A DNA stretch of 59,943 bases from positions 1 to 59,943 of the forward strand of contig CAYNEE010000002.1 in assembly GCA_964396145.1 (NCBI GenBank), in the 5' to 3' direction. The notes under the pieces are model-generated. The model had not been told where the DNA came from, did no database searches, and was given only the letters and a program-made list of their open reading frames with translations. How positions within the stretch are numbered: position 1 is the first letter of the stretch; the number at the start of each line of letters is the position of its first letter. The translations under genes were made by a program, and so were the position numbers. Positions 27,206-37,191 of the stretch are shown piece after piece. This DNA is from an uncultured Gammaproteobacteria bacterium. Its GTDB lineage: Bacteria; Patescibacteriota; Microgenomatia; UBA12405.

Positions 27206-29860
27206 ATGACTGATACCATTCCCAGTAAAACCAATTTAACCAACAATATCGGCAAAATTATTCCGGTAGACATTATTCCGGAAATGGAAAAATCCTATCT
27301 GGACTACGCCATGTCAGTTATTGTTGAAAGAGCCCTACCTGACATCAGAGATGGTCTCAAACCAGTCCATCGCCGCATTCTTTATGCCATGGAACAGATG
27401 AACTTGGGTCCTTCAGGTCGTTTTACCAAATCAGCCAAAGTTGTCGGTGAGGTTTTGGGAAAATACCACCCTCATGGTGATGCTGCTGTTTACGGTTCTC
27501 TAGTACGTCTGGCTCAAAATTTTTCTCTTCGCTACACCCTCATTAATGGCCAAGGAAACTTTGGTTCCATTGATGGCGATCCACCGGCAGCTATGCGTTA
27601 TACCGAAGTCAAAATGAGCAAAATTGCTCCAGAAATGATTGCTGACCTGGACAAAGACACTGTTCCCATGAAAGATAATTTTGATACCACCCTTCAGGAA
27701 CCGGAAGTTCTGCCTGCCAGGATTCCCAACTTACTTTTAAACGGCGCCGATGGTATTGCCGTCGGTATGGCCACCCGCATTCCTCCCCACAATCTCAAAG
27801 AGCTTTGCGCCGGTATTGATCATCTGCTCAACAACTGCACTCTGGAAAAAGAAGAAGCTCCTCTGGAAATCAATCCCATTCTGGACAAACACCTTAGTAC
27901 TCAGGACATGGTTTTAAAACCGGTTAAAGACCTCGAAAGACTTTCTTTTAATTTTGAAACTACTGCCACAAGCGAGGATTTAGCCCAATTTGTGACCGGA
28001 CCTGATTTCCCAACAGCTGGAGAAATATATGGAAAAACAGGCATTTTAGAAATGTACAACACCGGCCGAGGTAAATTTACTCTCCGCGGTAAAGCCGCTA
28101 TTGAAGAAACTAAATCAGGTAAAGTCAGAATCATCATTACCGAAATCCCGTACCAGGTTAATAAGTCGGAAATGATTCAAAAAATCGCTCAACTCGTCAC
28201 CGATAAAAAAATCCTGGGTATTTCTGATCTCCGGGACGAATCTGACCGTCATGGTATCAGAGTCGTTGTCGAAATTAAAAAGAACGGCAAACCCAAAGCT
28301 GTCTTAAACAAGCTTTATAAATATACCTCTCTCCAGTCATCATATTCTGCCAATATTTTAGCTTTAGTGAACGGCGTTCCCCAAACTCTTAACCTTCGTC
28401 AAATTTTACTATTATTCTTAAGACATCGTGAAAGTATTATTCGCCGTCGTTCCATTTTTGATCTAAAAAGCGCCTACCTGAGAAACCATATTCTCGAAGG
28501 TTTTAAAAAAGCTCTCGACATTATCGACGAAGTTATAAAAACCATTCGGGCTACCAAAACTGACGAAGATCCTAAGCTTAAATTAATGGAAAAATTCGGC
28601 TTCACTGACCTTCAGTCTCAGGCCATTTTGGATATGCAGCTTAGAAAACTCTCCGGCCTGGAACGCCAAAAAATCGACGAAGAGTACCAAAATATTCAAC
28701 AAACTATTGCCACCTTAACTGCCATTGTCACTGTTCCTGAAAAAATGATTTCCATTTTAAAATCAGAAAACCAAGAAATTTCTGATAAATATGGTGACAG
28801 TCGGCAAACTAAAATCTATATTAAATCCCTAGAAGATTTCAGCGACGAAGATCTTATTCCCAACGAAGCCACCCTAGTCACTCTTACCCGTGGTGGTTAT
28901 ATCAAGCGTGTACCCATGGAAACCTACCGGACTCAGCGTCGTGGCGGTATGGGTATCAGCGGCATGACCACCAAGGCAGAGGATGAAGTTGAAAACATGC
29001 TCTTTGTCGATACTCACGATGATCTTTTAATCTTTACCAACAAGGGCCGATGTTTCAAAATCAAAGTTTGGGATATTAATGAATCCAGCCGTCAATCCAA
29101 AGGTCAGGCCGTCATCAACCTCATTAACATTATTCAAGGAGAAACAGTCCAAGCTATTTTACCCATCAGTAAGGGAAATTCAGCCAACTATATTATTCTC
29201 TCCACCAAAAAAGGCGTTATTAAAAAAACCGCCATTGACAAGTTTAAAAATGTCCGCCAATCAGGTTTAGCTGCCATCAAACTCGATCCTCATGACGAAT
29301 TGATTTGGGCCAAGCTCAGCTCCGGCAGCGACCAAATTTTCATGGTAACCTATCGGGGCAAGTGCATCCGTTTTAACGAAGCCGACGCCCGCCCTATGGG
29401 TCGACACACCCGAGGTGTTCGGGGTATCAACCTCAAAGAAAATGATTATCTAGTCGGACTGGACATTTTACCTCAAAGTGTGGCTGCCGCCAAAGAAGAA
29501 AAAAACAATAAAAAATTCTTCCGACATCTCTTAATCATTACCGAAAACGGTATCGGTAAACGTTCCGACGCTTATCTCTATCCCCTCCAAAAACGCGGTG
29601 GAGTAGGTGTAAAAGTTTCCAATCTTACCGATAAAACAGGCAACATCTCCGGTGCTGCCGTAGTTACCGAAACCGACGATCAAATCCTTTTTGTTAGTCG
29701 CAAGGCTGTTACTATTAAGCTACCTCTAAAAAATATACCTACCTTGTCAAGAAATACCAAGGGTGTTATTCTCATGAGGCTCAAAAGTGACGATAAGGTC
29801 AGTACTCTGACAGTACTACCTTCCAACCCCGAATCGGAAAATACCCCGAAAAAAATATAG
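27206..29860 (+). CDS. gyrA: DNA gyrase subunit A
   Basis: 884 aa with DGLKPVHRR, the HPHGD QRDR region, the AAMRYTE catalytic Tyr context, and C-terminal beta-pinwheel repeats. Confidence 0.95.
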   Translation: MTDTIPSKTNLTNNIGKIIPVDIIPEMEKSYLDYAMSVIVERALPDIRDGLKPVHRRILYAMEQMNLGPSGRFTKSAKVVGEVLGKYHPHGDAAVYGSLVRLAQNFSLRYTLINGQGNFGSIDGDPPAAMRYTEVKMSKIAPEMIADLDKDTVPMKDNFDTTLQEPEVLPARIPNLLLNGADGIAVGMATRIPPHNLKELCAGIDHLLNNCTLEKEEAPLEINPILDKHLSTQDMVLKPVKDLERLSFNFETTATSEDLAQFVTGPDFPTAGEIYGKTGILEMYNTGRGKFTLRGKAAIEETKSGKVRIIITEIPYQVNKSEMIQKIAQLVTDKKILGISDLRDESDRHGIRVVVEIKKNGKPKAVLNKLYKYTSLQSSYSANILALVNGVPQTLNLRQILLLFLRHRESIIRRRSIFDLKSAYLRNHILEGFKKALDIIDEVIKTIRATKTDEDPKLKLMEKFGFTDLQSQAILDMQLRKLSGLERQKIDEEYQNIQQTIATLTAIVTVPEKMISILKSENQEISDKYGDSRQTKIYIKSLEDFSDEDLIPNEATLVTLTRGGYIKRVPMETYRTQRRGGMGISGMTTKAEDEVENMLFVDTHDDLLIFTNKGRCFKIKVWDINESSRQSKGQAVINLINIIQGETVQAILPISKGNSANYIILSTKKGVIKKTAIDKFKNVRQSGLAAIKLDPHDELIWAKLSSGSDQIFMVTYRGKCIRFNEADARPMGRHTRGVRGINLKENDYLVGLDILPQSVAAAKEEKNNKKFFRHLLIITENGIGKRSDAYLYPLQKRGGVGVKVSNLTDKTGNISGAAVVTETDDQILFVSRKAVTIKLPLKNIPTLSRNTKGVILMRLKSDDKVSTLTVLPSNPESENTPKKI

Positions 29861-30053
29861 GATATTTATATATCAAAATTATAGGATAATCGTATAATAT
29901 TTTTGATTATTAGCAGAGTAGGGGAGTGAATGCTAGGTAGCTTAGAAAATTCAAAAATGACCTAAAATAGGGAAAAAACGTCCATAAGCTAGGCTAGGGG
30001 AGTCGTCTTTATGTATTTTGCCATTAGATTGGCCAAAAGCCTCCAATTATAGG

Positions 30054-31010
30054 CTAGGACTCCTTTTTATCTGAACCTGGATGATTACCTAAATGGTATT
30101 TTTCATGAACTTCACGAAGTCTCGCATCAGTTACATGAGTATAGATTTGGGTGGTAGCAATATTTTTATGTCCCAAAATTTCCTGAACCGAACGAAGGTC
30201 AGCTCCGGCCCGCAGTAAATCTGTCGCCATCGAATGGCGGAGAGTATGAGGTGTTGCTGCTACCGGCAATCTGGCAAGCCTTACATAATGCTTAACCATT
30301 CTCTCAATCGATCTGGCCGTCAGTCTCATTTTTACCGTCTCCTGGATTAATTCCTTTTTTCCTCCATAGCGGATAAACAATGCTTCGTCCTTATCCGTCC
30401 GGCTTTTTAAGTATCTGTCAATATATTCGGCCGCCCGCATCGAAATAAAAACCACCCTGGCTTTGCCGCCCTTACCAATTACACCAAATTCACGTGTCTT
30501 TAGGTTAATTTGTTCTCTATCCAATCTAACTAGCTCCGATACCCGCAAGCCCGTAGAAAACAGCATTTCCAAAATTGCCCTATCTCTTAATCCAGTTTTA
30601 GTGGAAAGTAAGGGTTGATTTAAAAGTCTTTCCAACTGCTCGGCGTTTAAAAATTTTAAGGAATGATCTTTATTTTTAGGAACATCAATCTTTTCCGGCT
30701 GCATAACCTCATAATCGTTTTTAATCAACCATTTTAAAAAGGACCGAAGAGCAATTACATAATAGCCCTGAGTTACTATTTTCATTTCACCGTTAGTTCC
30801 GGGCAATCTGGATAAGTATAACCTGAAGTCTCTAACTGCCTCGGGATTTATGTCTGAAACCTTTGCTGTCTCAATTCCTTTACTCTGAAAGTACTTTTCT
30901 AAAACTGAGAGGTAATGCTGATAATTTCTGACCGTCAGCTTAGAGCAATTTTTTTCCACCTCCAAATGTTCTAAAAATCGCCTGGTAGCCATACTCAAAT
31001 CCAAATCCAT
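30054..31010 (-). CDS. xerC: Tyrosine recombinase, XerC/XerD family
   Basis: An N-terminal SAM-like core-binding domain and a C-terminal HTLRHSMATDLL...LGHKNIATTQIYTHV (R-H-R-Y catalytic signature). The start is ambiguous: GTG 31025, ATG 31010 or ATG 30992. Confidence 0.85.
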   Translation of the reverse strand: MDLDLSMATRRFLEHLEVEKNCSKLTVRNYQHYLSVLEKYFQSKGIETAKVSDINPEAVRDFRLYLSRLPGTNGEMKIVTQGYYVIALRSFLKWLIKNDYEVMQPEKIDVPKNKDHSLKFLNAEQLERLLNQPLLSTKTGLRDRAILEMLFSTGLRVSELVRLDREQINLKTREFGVIGKGGKARVVFISMRAAEYIDRYLKSRTDKDEALFIRYGGKKELIQETVKMRLTARSIERMVKHYVRLARLPVAATPHTLRHSMATDLLRAGADLRSVQEILGHKNIATTQIYTHVTDARLREVHEKYHLGNHPGSDKKES

Positions 31011-31658
31011 AGTTAATCGTAGCACAGAAAGTTCATAAACGTTCGTTTACGGGCCTCTGGTGAGGTCATCTATAAATTATGCCTATTTATAGGTATAATT
31101 TTAAGAATAACAAAAAATTAGATAAAAAATAGGCTGGGGGAGTAGGCTTAGCTTTTTAAAGCTGGCCCTTGTCCGGGTAGCCAGTCTTAATAGGCGAGTA
31201 AAAAAGACATTTATTTAAAACCCGTTTTAATAAAAACTAAAAATAAATGATTAATAATTGAAAATTGAAAATTGTAGATCCAGCCACTCCCCTCCACTTC
31301 TCTTTTGAATAACGTCGTAAAAGATACATTGTGCGACATATTAAAATTGACTTCCCCTCTATAGGGGACAACTATCTTTTTCTTTGTCCTATTCTAGTTT
31401 CTGGTTTCTTGTTTTTAATTTTCTATTTATACTTTTATGCCCCTCCTCCCAGGCACTTCTCACCGGCAAAAGTGATCTATTGCTGCTAATCCAAGTTTTC
31501 CACACAGACTATATCATACTATATCACTACCCTATCCTATAATAATCATGAAAATTATAGGATATATCGTGAAAATCCTTCCCCCACTTCCCTACTCGGC
31601 TCGACGTAACCTTTTTTTTGCGAAGTCAACCTTAAAAACTGTTTTTATTCTACTTTCA

Positions 31659-32444
31659 TCAGCCCCATCTGGTGGTTAAAATCATGGCAAGTATCGCTGC
31701 CACCGCCATATAACTAAAAGTCCTGACCACTCCCCTAAAAAGTCTATCTCTAATTTCTGCCTGTATTAAGGCAGAAATTATATATATAACTACTACCAGG
31801 TAGACTGAACCTCTAAAAATTCCTACAGGCCAAAAAGAGAGAATGCCTATAAGCTCTGCCAAGATCACGCTGGGTACAATTATATACGGCCACCTCCCCT
31901 TTTCCTTACCGTCATCGGGTAATTCTATGGCAATATTCCAGTAACTATTGGCAAATAACATCAACCCTATTAAAAAAGCTACCAACATATTTCCCCAAAA
32001 AGGCAGTTTAAACGATAACAGTGAATCAAAAATAAAGAAAGCAGTCAGTAGCATAATAATCAGACTTACCGTGTATGCCGCCCGGTAAAGTGGCACTGTC
32101 TTGTAGCCAATTGCTACCAAAAAAACATTTTTTATCAAAAACATCGTATGCAAAATTAGACCGAAAAATAAGCTAGATCCAACAATATATATCGGTGTAC
32201 TCGGCAACAGTGAAGCAAACAACCCAAAACCCACCGTCCACAAGCAGGGCAGTAAAATCACCATAATTTTAGTATCAATAGTCCCTTCAAAAATTATCCC
32301 CAACCCAAACCAAAACAGAAAAGCTACTATCGCCAAAAGAACTAGCAATCCATAATAACTGGATTCTACCGGTAAAGATAAATACATCGCGAAAGCTCCC
32401 CCACCGATTAAAGCCGAAATAAAATGTTTAAATCTTTTGTTCAT
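31659..32444 (-). CDS. Hypothetical polytopic membrane protein
   Basis: About 260 aa, mostly hydrophobic helices. The start is taken at MNKRFKHF. Confidence 0.5.
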   Translation of the reverse strand: MNKRFKHFISALIGGGAFAMYLSLPVESSYYGLLVLLAIVAFLFWFGLGIIFEGTIDTKIMVILLPCLWTVGFGLFASLLPSTPIYIVGSSLFFGLILHTMFLIKNVFLVAIGYKTVPLYRAAYTVSLIIMLLTAFFIFDSLLSFKLPFWGNMLVAFLIGLMLFANSYWNIAIELPDDGKEKGRWPYIIVPSVILAELIGILSFWPVGIFRGSVYLVVVIYIISALIQAEIRDRLFRGVVRTFSYMAVAAILAMILTTRWG

Positions 32445-33144
32445 AGTCAAAACCAGCAAACACATTAACCACATCTTCATTTTCCTCTAATTCTTCAATC
32501 AGATCCAAAATTTTTCCCAATTCTTCCTCTGAATTTAATTTTATCGGATTCATAGCCTTATATACTAGCCCGGAAGTCTCTATGGCTATTCCCCTGTCAA
32601 CCATTACCGATTTCACCCTGTTTAAATCTTCGGCTTTAGTTAAAATACTTTTACCCTCGATTTCCCTCGCTCCCTCATCAATCAAAGCTAGCTCCGCTGC
32701 CTCGTCTGGCTCTGTTTCTAGCTCTATCTCCCCTACTCTCTCAAACATAAAAGCTACACTACCACTTTCACCTAAATTTCCGCCATAATTTCTCAAAATT
32801 AGCTTGACTTCACTCAAAATCCGGTTTTTATTATCCGTCTCAAACTCAATCATCATCGGTACCCCAAAGGGACCAAAAGCCTCAAACAGACCACTGTTTA
32901 GATTATTCTTTCTCTCTTCAAATCTTTTTAGAAGTCTTTCAATGTTCTCTTTAGGCATATTCACCTCTCTTGATTTCTCAATTGCCGCCCGCAAAGCCGC
33001 ATTCGACTCGGGATTGGTATTGCCTCCCCCTTCTCTAATTGCCGTTAGTATATCCTTGGAAACTTTGGTAAAAGCTTCACTTCTTTTTTTATCCTGAGCC
33101 CCCTTCCGATTTTTAATATTGGCCCATTTAGAATGACCTGACAT
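32428..33144 (-). CDS. yebC: YebC/PmpR family DNA-binding regulator
   Basis: N-terminus MSGHSKWANIKNRKGAQDKKRSEAFTK. Confidence 0.9.
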   Translation of the reverse strand: MSGHSKWANIKNRKGAQDKKRSEAFTKVSKDILTAIREGGGNTNPESNAALRAAIEKSREVNMPKENIERLLKRFEERKNNLNSGLFEAFGPFGVPMMIEFETDNKNRILSEVKLILRNYGGNLGESGSVAFMFERVGEIELETEPDEAAELALIDEGAREIEGKSILTKAEDLNRVKSVMVDRGIAIETSGLVYKAMNPIKLNSEEELGKILDLIEELEENEDVVNVFAGFDYEQKI

Positions 33145-33934
33145 AACTATTATATTTTATCATCGAGGCATAGTTTTTACCCGGATTAATGGTTAATTCC
33201 TCGAGTAATAAAGTTGGATTAGTTACCCGGGAACAACCAAACATTTTTGCCAAAAAATCCGCATAATTTTCAGTTAATTTATTCCCTTGAGCTACCACTT
33301 CACAGCCTTCCTTGATTGTTTCATTTTCCACTGCCACCACGTTATAGCCTTGCCAGTTTAAACGATCAGCCACAAATGCTCCCAAAGCATTTTCCCCGCT
33401 ACTATTTTTAACTGACACCTTCAAACCCTTCTGTTGTAGTTCTCCTAGGGCAAAATCCCGAGGTAGAATATCATCTAATTCTTCCTTTTTTACCAACAAA
33501 TTAGTATTTATTACCTCTGTTTTAAACAGCCAATTATTTTGTTGCCACCAAAAACGAAAACTCTCTGAGGGTCCCAAAAAACGCCATAAGCCAGAGCTTC
33601 TCCATGCCTCAACTTTTGATAAAACCAATATTTTTTCCGGGTAAATTCCAAAATTATAAAAGAACATCTTTCTGACCAGATCCTCCTCCTTACCCTGATC
33701 AAATATCTTTTCCACCTTATTGGCCGGATACCAACCCATTCCTCCTGGAAACCACAGCTCCACTTCCGATGCCACTTTTAACAAGTTAACCATCCCCCGT
33801 AGAGGTGAAATTGAAACCACTCCCACCCCCTCTGGAGACACTACTCCGACCACCCTGTCTTCTTCTCGGAAACCCTTTTTAATTACAAAAAATAGAGATA
33901 TAAAAATTACCAATGCTATCAATATTTTCTTCAT
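33128..33934 (-). CDS. Membrane-anchored LytR_C-domain protein
   Basis: It has an N-terminal TM helix. The C-terminal LKVSVKNSSGENALGAFVADRLNWQGYNV resembles the LytR C-terminal domain. Confidence 0.45.
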   Translation of the reverse strand: MKKILIALVIFISLFFVIKKGFREEDRVVGVVSPEGVGVVSISPLRGMVNLLKVASEVELWFPGGMGWYPANKVEKIFDQGKEEDLVRKMFFYNFGIYPEKILVLSKVEAWRSSGLWRFLGPSESFRFWWQQNNWLFKTEVINTNLLVKKEELDDILPRDFALGELQQKGLKVSVKNSSGENALGAFVADRLNWQGYNVVAVENETIKEGCEVVAQGNKLTENYADFLAKMFGCSRVTNPTLLLEELTINPGKNYASMIKYNSYVRSF

Positions 33935-34596
33935 AATTGTACAATAATTTTTTTCAAATCAGAGGCCAACTCCGTCTCAAAATTTTTGTCTAAAAATGAC
34001 AATTTTTTAGCCTGCAAAAAGGGTCTTTCCAACCCCAAAAGTCGATGTCCGCCATAAATTAAATCTCCAGCCAAGGGCCATCCAAGATAACTAAAATGAA
34101 CCCTAATCTGGTGTGTCCGTCCCGTTTTTAAATCCACCTCCACTAAACTATAAATTTTGTTTTCATGTTTGTATTTTTCCAAAACTTTAAAATGAGTTTC
34201 CGCTTCTTTCCCATTTTCTACCACAGCAAAACGTCCGAATTGATATTTAGACCTGTTTATCGGCACTTTAATTACCCCATTTTGTGGCAAATCCCCTTCT
34301 ATCAGCGCCCAGTAAACTTTCTTTATCTGTCTCTCTTTAAACATTTTCATTATTTTTTCCCGAAAATCGGCATTCAGTGCTATCACCATCAATCCCGAAG
34401 TTCCCTTGTCCAGTCGATGGACAATCCCCTGTCGGGGCAGTTTATTATCGCCCCATTTTTTCTCCAACCACTCTTCCAAACTACCTTTAACCTTCCGTCC
34501 TTCACGGGTGCAAACCACTCCAGCTTTTTTGTCCAGAATCAACATATCTTTGTTTTTGTATATTATTTTTGCCTTGCTTTCCATAAAAAATACCAT
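33931..34596 (-). CDS. RluA-family pseudouridine synthase (no S4 domain)
   Basis: HRLDKGTSGLMVIA catalytic Asp motif and the RTHQIRVH motif. Confidence 0.85.
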   Translation of the reverse strand: MVFFMESKAKIIYKNKDMLILDKKAGVVCTREGRKVKGSLEEWLEKKWGDNKLPRQGIVHRLDKGTSGLMVIALNADFREKIMKMFKERQIKKVYWALIEGDLPQNGVIKVPINRSKYQFGRFAVVENGKEAETHFKVLEKYKHENKIYSLVEVDLKTGRTHQIRVHFSYLGWPLAGDLIYGGHRLLGLERPFLQAKKLSFLDKNFETELASDLKKIIVQL

Positions 34597-34865
34597 AAAA
34601 CCTGAATTACTCCCGCAGCTATCAGGTAATCATTTAAATTATTATAAAGCCTGGTCCCCGGTATCTGCCAGTAATCTCTGACCCCTCCCAACCACATTCT
34701 TTCATATAAATTCAACCACCCACCAACAAATATTAAAAGCCAACCCCAGGCTGCCTTTTGTTTAAACCATAACCACAAGCAAATCACCAATAAAATCACT
34801 TGTAACCACTCTATTCCCAAAAAATTCATCCCAAAACTTGCTCCTTGATTAGTAATTATTCTCAT
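34563..34865 (-). CDS. lspA: Miniature signal peptidase II-like protein
   Basis: 100 aa with NQGASFGM, GGWLNLYER and NNLNDYLIAAG, which resemble LspA blocks. The N-terminal ~50 aa typical of LspA are absent, and the first catalytic Asp position reads Glu. Confidence 0.5.
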   Translation of the reverse strand: MRIITNQGASFGMNFLGIEWLQVILLVICLWLWFKQKAAWGWLLIFVGGWLNLYERMWLGGVRDYWQIPGTRLYNNLNDYLIAAGVIQVLWYFLWKARQK

Positions 34866-35188
34866 TTTTCATCTTCCCGAGCACATTTTACACAAGTGGT
34901 TGTTTCTGGATTTACTGACAACCGGTCTGTGTCAATCATTTGTCCGCATTTTTCACAAGTTCCGTATTTACCTAATTTAAGTCTGGTTAAAGCTTTTCTG
35001 ATCTGGATGACTTGTTTTTGAATAAAATTAGCCTTGACCTGATTTTCAAAATGTTCTACTTGATCATCAGCATCATCCTCTATTTCCTTGACCTCTTTTA
35101 GCTCCTTCTCATTTCTTTTGAGATCCATCAACTTCTTTTCCAAAAATTTTTGGATGCCAACGGTCAGTCCTTTAGGAAAACTTATCAT
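34862..35188 (-). CDS. DksA/TraR-type C4 zinc-finger protein
   Basis: A coiled-coil N-terminus followed by CEKCGQ...CVKCA. Confidence 0.6.
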   Translation of the reverse strand: MISFPKGLTVGIQKFLEKKLMDLKRNEKELKEVKEIEDDADDQVEHFENQVKANFIQKQVIQIRKALTRLKLGKYGTCEKCGQMIDTDRLSVNPETTTCVKCAREDEK

Positions 35189-35765
35189 ATCCCAGCATAA
35201 ACAATCCACCCACAAAAAGCAAACTCATCACACCCCACCAACTTTGATAAATTATACCTAAAAATACGAAAAAACAAATCATAAACCAAAAAAACAAAAA
35301 CCCTTTTCGACCACTTTTAAACCATAAAAAAGACCGATATTTCTGCCTAACCGGTAAGGTTAATAACGCCGCCGCCAATATCGCCGCCGGCAGTCGCCAG
35401 TTTTGTTGAGCCCAGGCGAACATTACCGTCAAAAACGATACACTCGGGATAGCATCCTCCAAAAAGGACCATAACTTCCAACCCTTATCCTTGGCAATCA
35501 GCACCGCAAATAAGAGCCACAAAATCAACCCACCCCAGATCAACGATTCGTTTATTTTCCAAAACTCAATCCAGGCACCCCCATTTCCCTGCCATTTACC
35601 CCAATTGACCAAACCATAACTCAACCGAGATCCAATTAAAAACAAAAACAAAGCCACCCAATTAAACGCCACCACATCCTCATTTGGATAATTTTCCTTA
35701 AAGGTCCGCCAACTAATATACAAATATCCAAAAATAGCGAATATTAAAATTAATACCTGATTCAT
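35172..35765 (-). CDS. Polytopic membrane protein, possibly prolipoprotein diacylglyceryl transferase-like
   Basis: The start is moved to MNQVLILIF, because the track ORF's first 15 codons are tRNA-Leu sequence. It has hydrophobic helices with Gly/Trp-rich loops. Being two genes upstream of the lspA-like gene in the same operon (the dksA-like gene lies between) is the main support for the Lgt call. Confidence 0.35.
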   Translation of the reverse strand: MNQVLILIFAIFGYLYISWRTFKENYPNEDVVAFNWVALFLFLIGSRLSYGLVNWGKWQGNGGAWIEFWKINESLIWGGLILWLLFAVLIAKDKGWKLWSFLEDAIPSVSFLTVMFAWAQQNWRLPAAILAAALLTLPVRQKYRSFLWFKSGRKGFLFFWFMICFFVFLGIIYQSWWGVMSLLFVGGLFMLGYDKFS

Positions 35766-35851
35766 GGTGCCGAAGGTGGGAATCGAACCCACATGATGTT
35801 GCCACCACACGATTTTGAGTCGTGCGCGTCTACCAATTCCGCCACATCGGC
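35765..35851 (-). tRNA. tRNA-Leu (anticodon CAA), CCA encoded
   Basis: The reverse complement reads GCCGATGTGGCGGAATTGGTAGACGCGCACGACTCAAAATCGTGTGGTGGCAACATCATGTGGGTTCGATTCCCACCTTCGGCACCA. It has a long variable arm and the anticodon loop CTCAAAA. Confidence 0.9.
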
Positions 35852-35880
35852 TATTTTCGTATTATCTCACAAAAAACACC

Positions 35881-37191
35881 TTAGTTTTTCTTTTCCACGT
35901 CAAAGAAACTTACCTGTTTACCGTTAAAGTAGAGATTAAACTGCCCGGTAGGACCGTTACGGTGCTTTTCAATTGCGCATGTCACAATCTCTTTGACTTC
36001 CTCATCCTCTCGGTGTAAAAACATAACTACGTCGGCATCCTGCTCGATACTGCCTGATTCCCGTAAATCTGACAACCTCGGCTTTCCTCCCCTTGATTCC
36101 ATTTGTCTGTTAAGCTGGGCCGCCGCAATCACTGGCACCCTTAATTCTCTCGCTAAATTCTTTAAGCCTTGAGAAATTTCTGAAACCTCCTGAACCCGAT
36201 TGTCCCGGGTATAACCATGCATCAGTTGCAGATAATCAACCACCACAAATTTTATCCCCTTATCCGATTGTAAACGCCTGGCTTTGGTCCGTAGCTCCGT
36301 TACTGTCAACCCCGGAGTATCATCAATATATAGAGGTGCCTCGGCCAAAACTCCCATAGCTTCCGATAAAGATGTAAAATCATCATCGGAAAGTTGGCCT
36401 GTTTTTAGCTTCCAAGCATCAATCAAACCCTGGCGTACCAGCAGTCTATCCACCAATTCTTCCTTACTCATTTCCAGTGAAAAAACCACTGTCGGCAATT
36501 TTTCTTCTACGGCTACATGCCGGGCGATATTGAGTAAAAATGCCGTTTTTCCCACCCCTGGTCTCGCTGCTAAAATCAGCAAGTTACTATCCTGCATCCC
36601 TGCTAGCATCGAATCCATTTGTTTAAATCCAGTTGGTAAACCTCTCAGTCCGCTTCCACGTTTTTGCAATTCATCTAAACGGTCAAAAGAAGCCGTTAGT
36701 ACTTCTCTAATCGACGAAGGTACTGATTTCATATGACGTTGGGATAGAGCATAAACTTCCTGTTCCGCCATGTCTAGAAGTTCATCAGCCGGAATTGCTT
36801 CATCAAAAGCCTTTTCCGAAATCCGTCCCGCCGCCGAAATTAACTCCCGTTTTGCCGATAATGCTTTTATAATTCTACCGTAGCTTTCCACATTAGCCGA
36901 TGTTGGCACCTCTGCAGCTAGTTTTGATAAAAAGGCCTTACCTCCAATGGTTTTAAGCAGTTTTTTCTCCTTGAGCTTTCCGGCCACCGTCACCATATCA
37001 ATCGGACTTCGGTTCTCATAGAGCTCCATCATGGATTCATAAATTAAGCCATAGTTCCGGTTATAAAAATGTTCTGGTCGCAAAAATTCCGATACCCCCA
37101 GAACCGCATCATTATCAATTAGAATAGATCCTAAAACTGATATTTCTGCCTCTTCAAAAGCGGGCGGCAGTTTTATATTTGACTCTTTAAT
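35881..37191 (-). CDS. dnaB: Replicative DNA helicase
   Basis: Walker A GVGKT and the C-terminal RecA-like motifs are present. The conserved N-terminal segment LPPAFEEAEISVLGSILIDNDA lies upstream of the track's TTG start. I propose an ATT start at 37189-37191, preceded by AAGGAGGT and a 6-nt spacer. Confidence 0.85.
   Translation of the reverse strand: MKESNIKLPPAFEEAEISVLGSILIDNDAVLGVSEFLRPEHFYNRNYGLIYESMMELYENRSPIDMVTVAGKLKEKKLLKTIGGKAFLSKLAAEVPTSANVESYGRIIKALSAKRELISAAGRISEKAFDEAIPADELLDMAEQEVYALSQRHMKSVPSSIREVLTASFDRLDELQKRGSGLRGLPTGFKQMDSMLAGMQDSNLLILAARPGVGKTAFLLNIARHVAVEEKLPTVVFSLEMSKEELVDRLLVRQGLIDAWKLKTGQLSDDDFTSLSEAMGVLAEAPLYIDDTPGLTVTELRTKARRLQSDKGIKFVVVDYLQLMHGYTRDNRVQEVSEISQGLKNLARELRVPVIAAAQLNRQMESRGGKPRLSDLRESGSIEQDADVVMFLHREDEEVKEIVTCAIEKHRNGPTGQFNLYFNGKQVSFFDVEKKN

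Noticed and set aside
25263-29860. Inteins or large insertions in gyrB or gyrA
   Set aside because: The lengths (646 and 884 aa) and the motif order are canonical. No Cys/Ser...HN intein boundaries were seen.
31496-31504. DnaA-box-like TTTTCCACA, suggesting an origin of replication
   Set aside because: It is a single box with no cluster and no adjacent dnaA or dnaN. The flanking genes converge on this region rather than diverging from it.
31026-31658. Possibility that the 633-bp ORF-free region encodes RNase P RNA, tmRNA, SRP RNA or 6S RNA
   Set aside because: On either strand I could not find the hallmark motifs: GAGGAAAGUCCGG for RNase P, a tRNA-like GGUUCGAnUCC...CCACCA end for tmRNA, or the GGAAGCAGCC-type SRP domain IV. 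An unknown ncRNA remains possible and is listed as a finding instead.
29861-31658. Prophage or a conventional integrative element around the tyrosine recombinase
   Set aside because: There are no phage, conjugation or cargo genes. The recombinase has the XerC/D housekeeping architecture. Only the small repeat-bounded unit is retained, as a hypothesis.
31640-31662. GGGGCUGAUGA at the 3' end of ORF 31659..32480 (minus strand), resembling the start of the hammerhead core
   Set aside because: The downstream sequence lacks a C-GAAA junction and a cleavage-site helix. Only a weak AAGU/ACUU pairing is possible.
35766-35810. N-terminal 15 codons of track ORF 35172..35810 (MWWQHHVGSIPTFGT)
   Set aside because: This stretch is the 3' half of tRNA-Leu read in frame. 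The real start is the ATG at 35763-35765.
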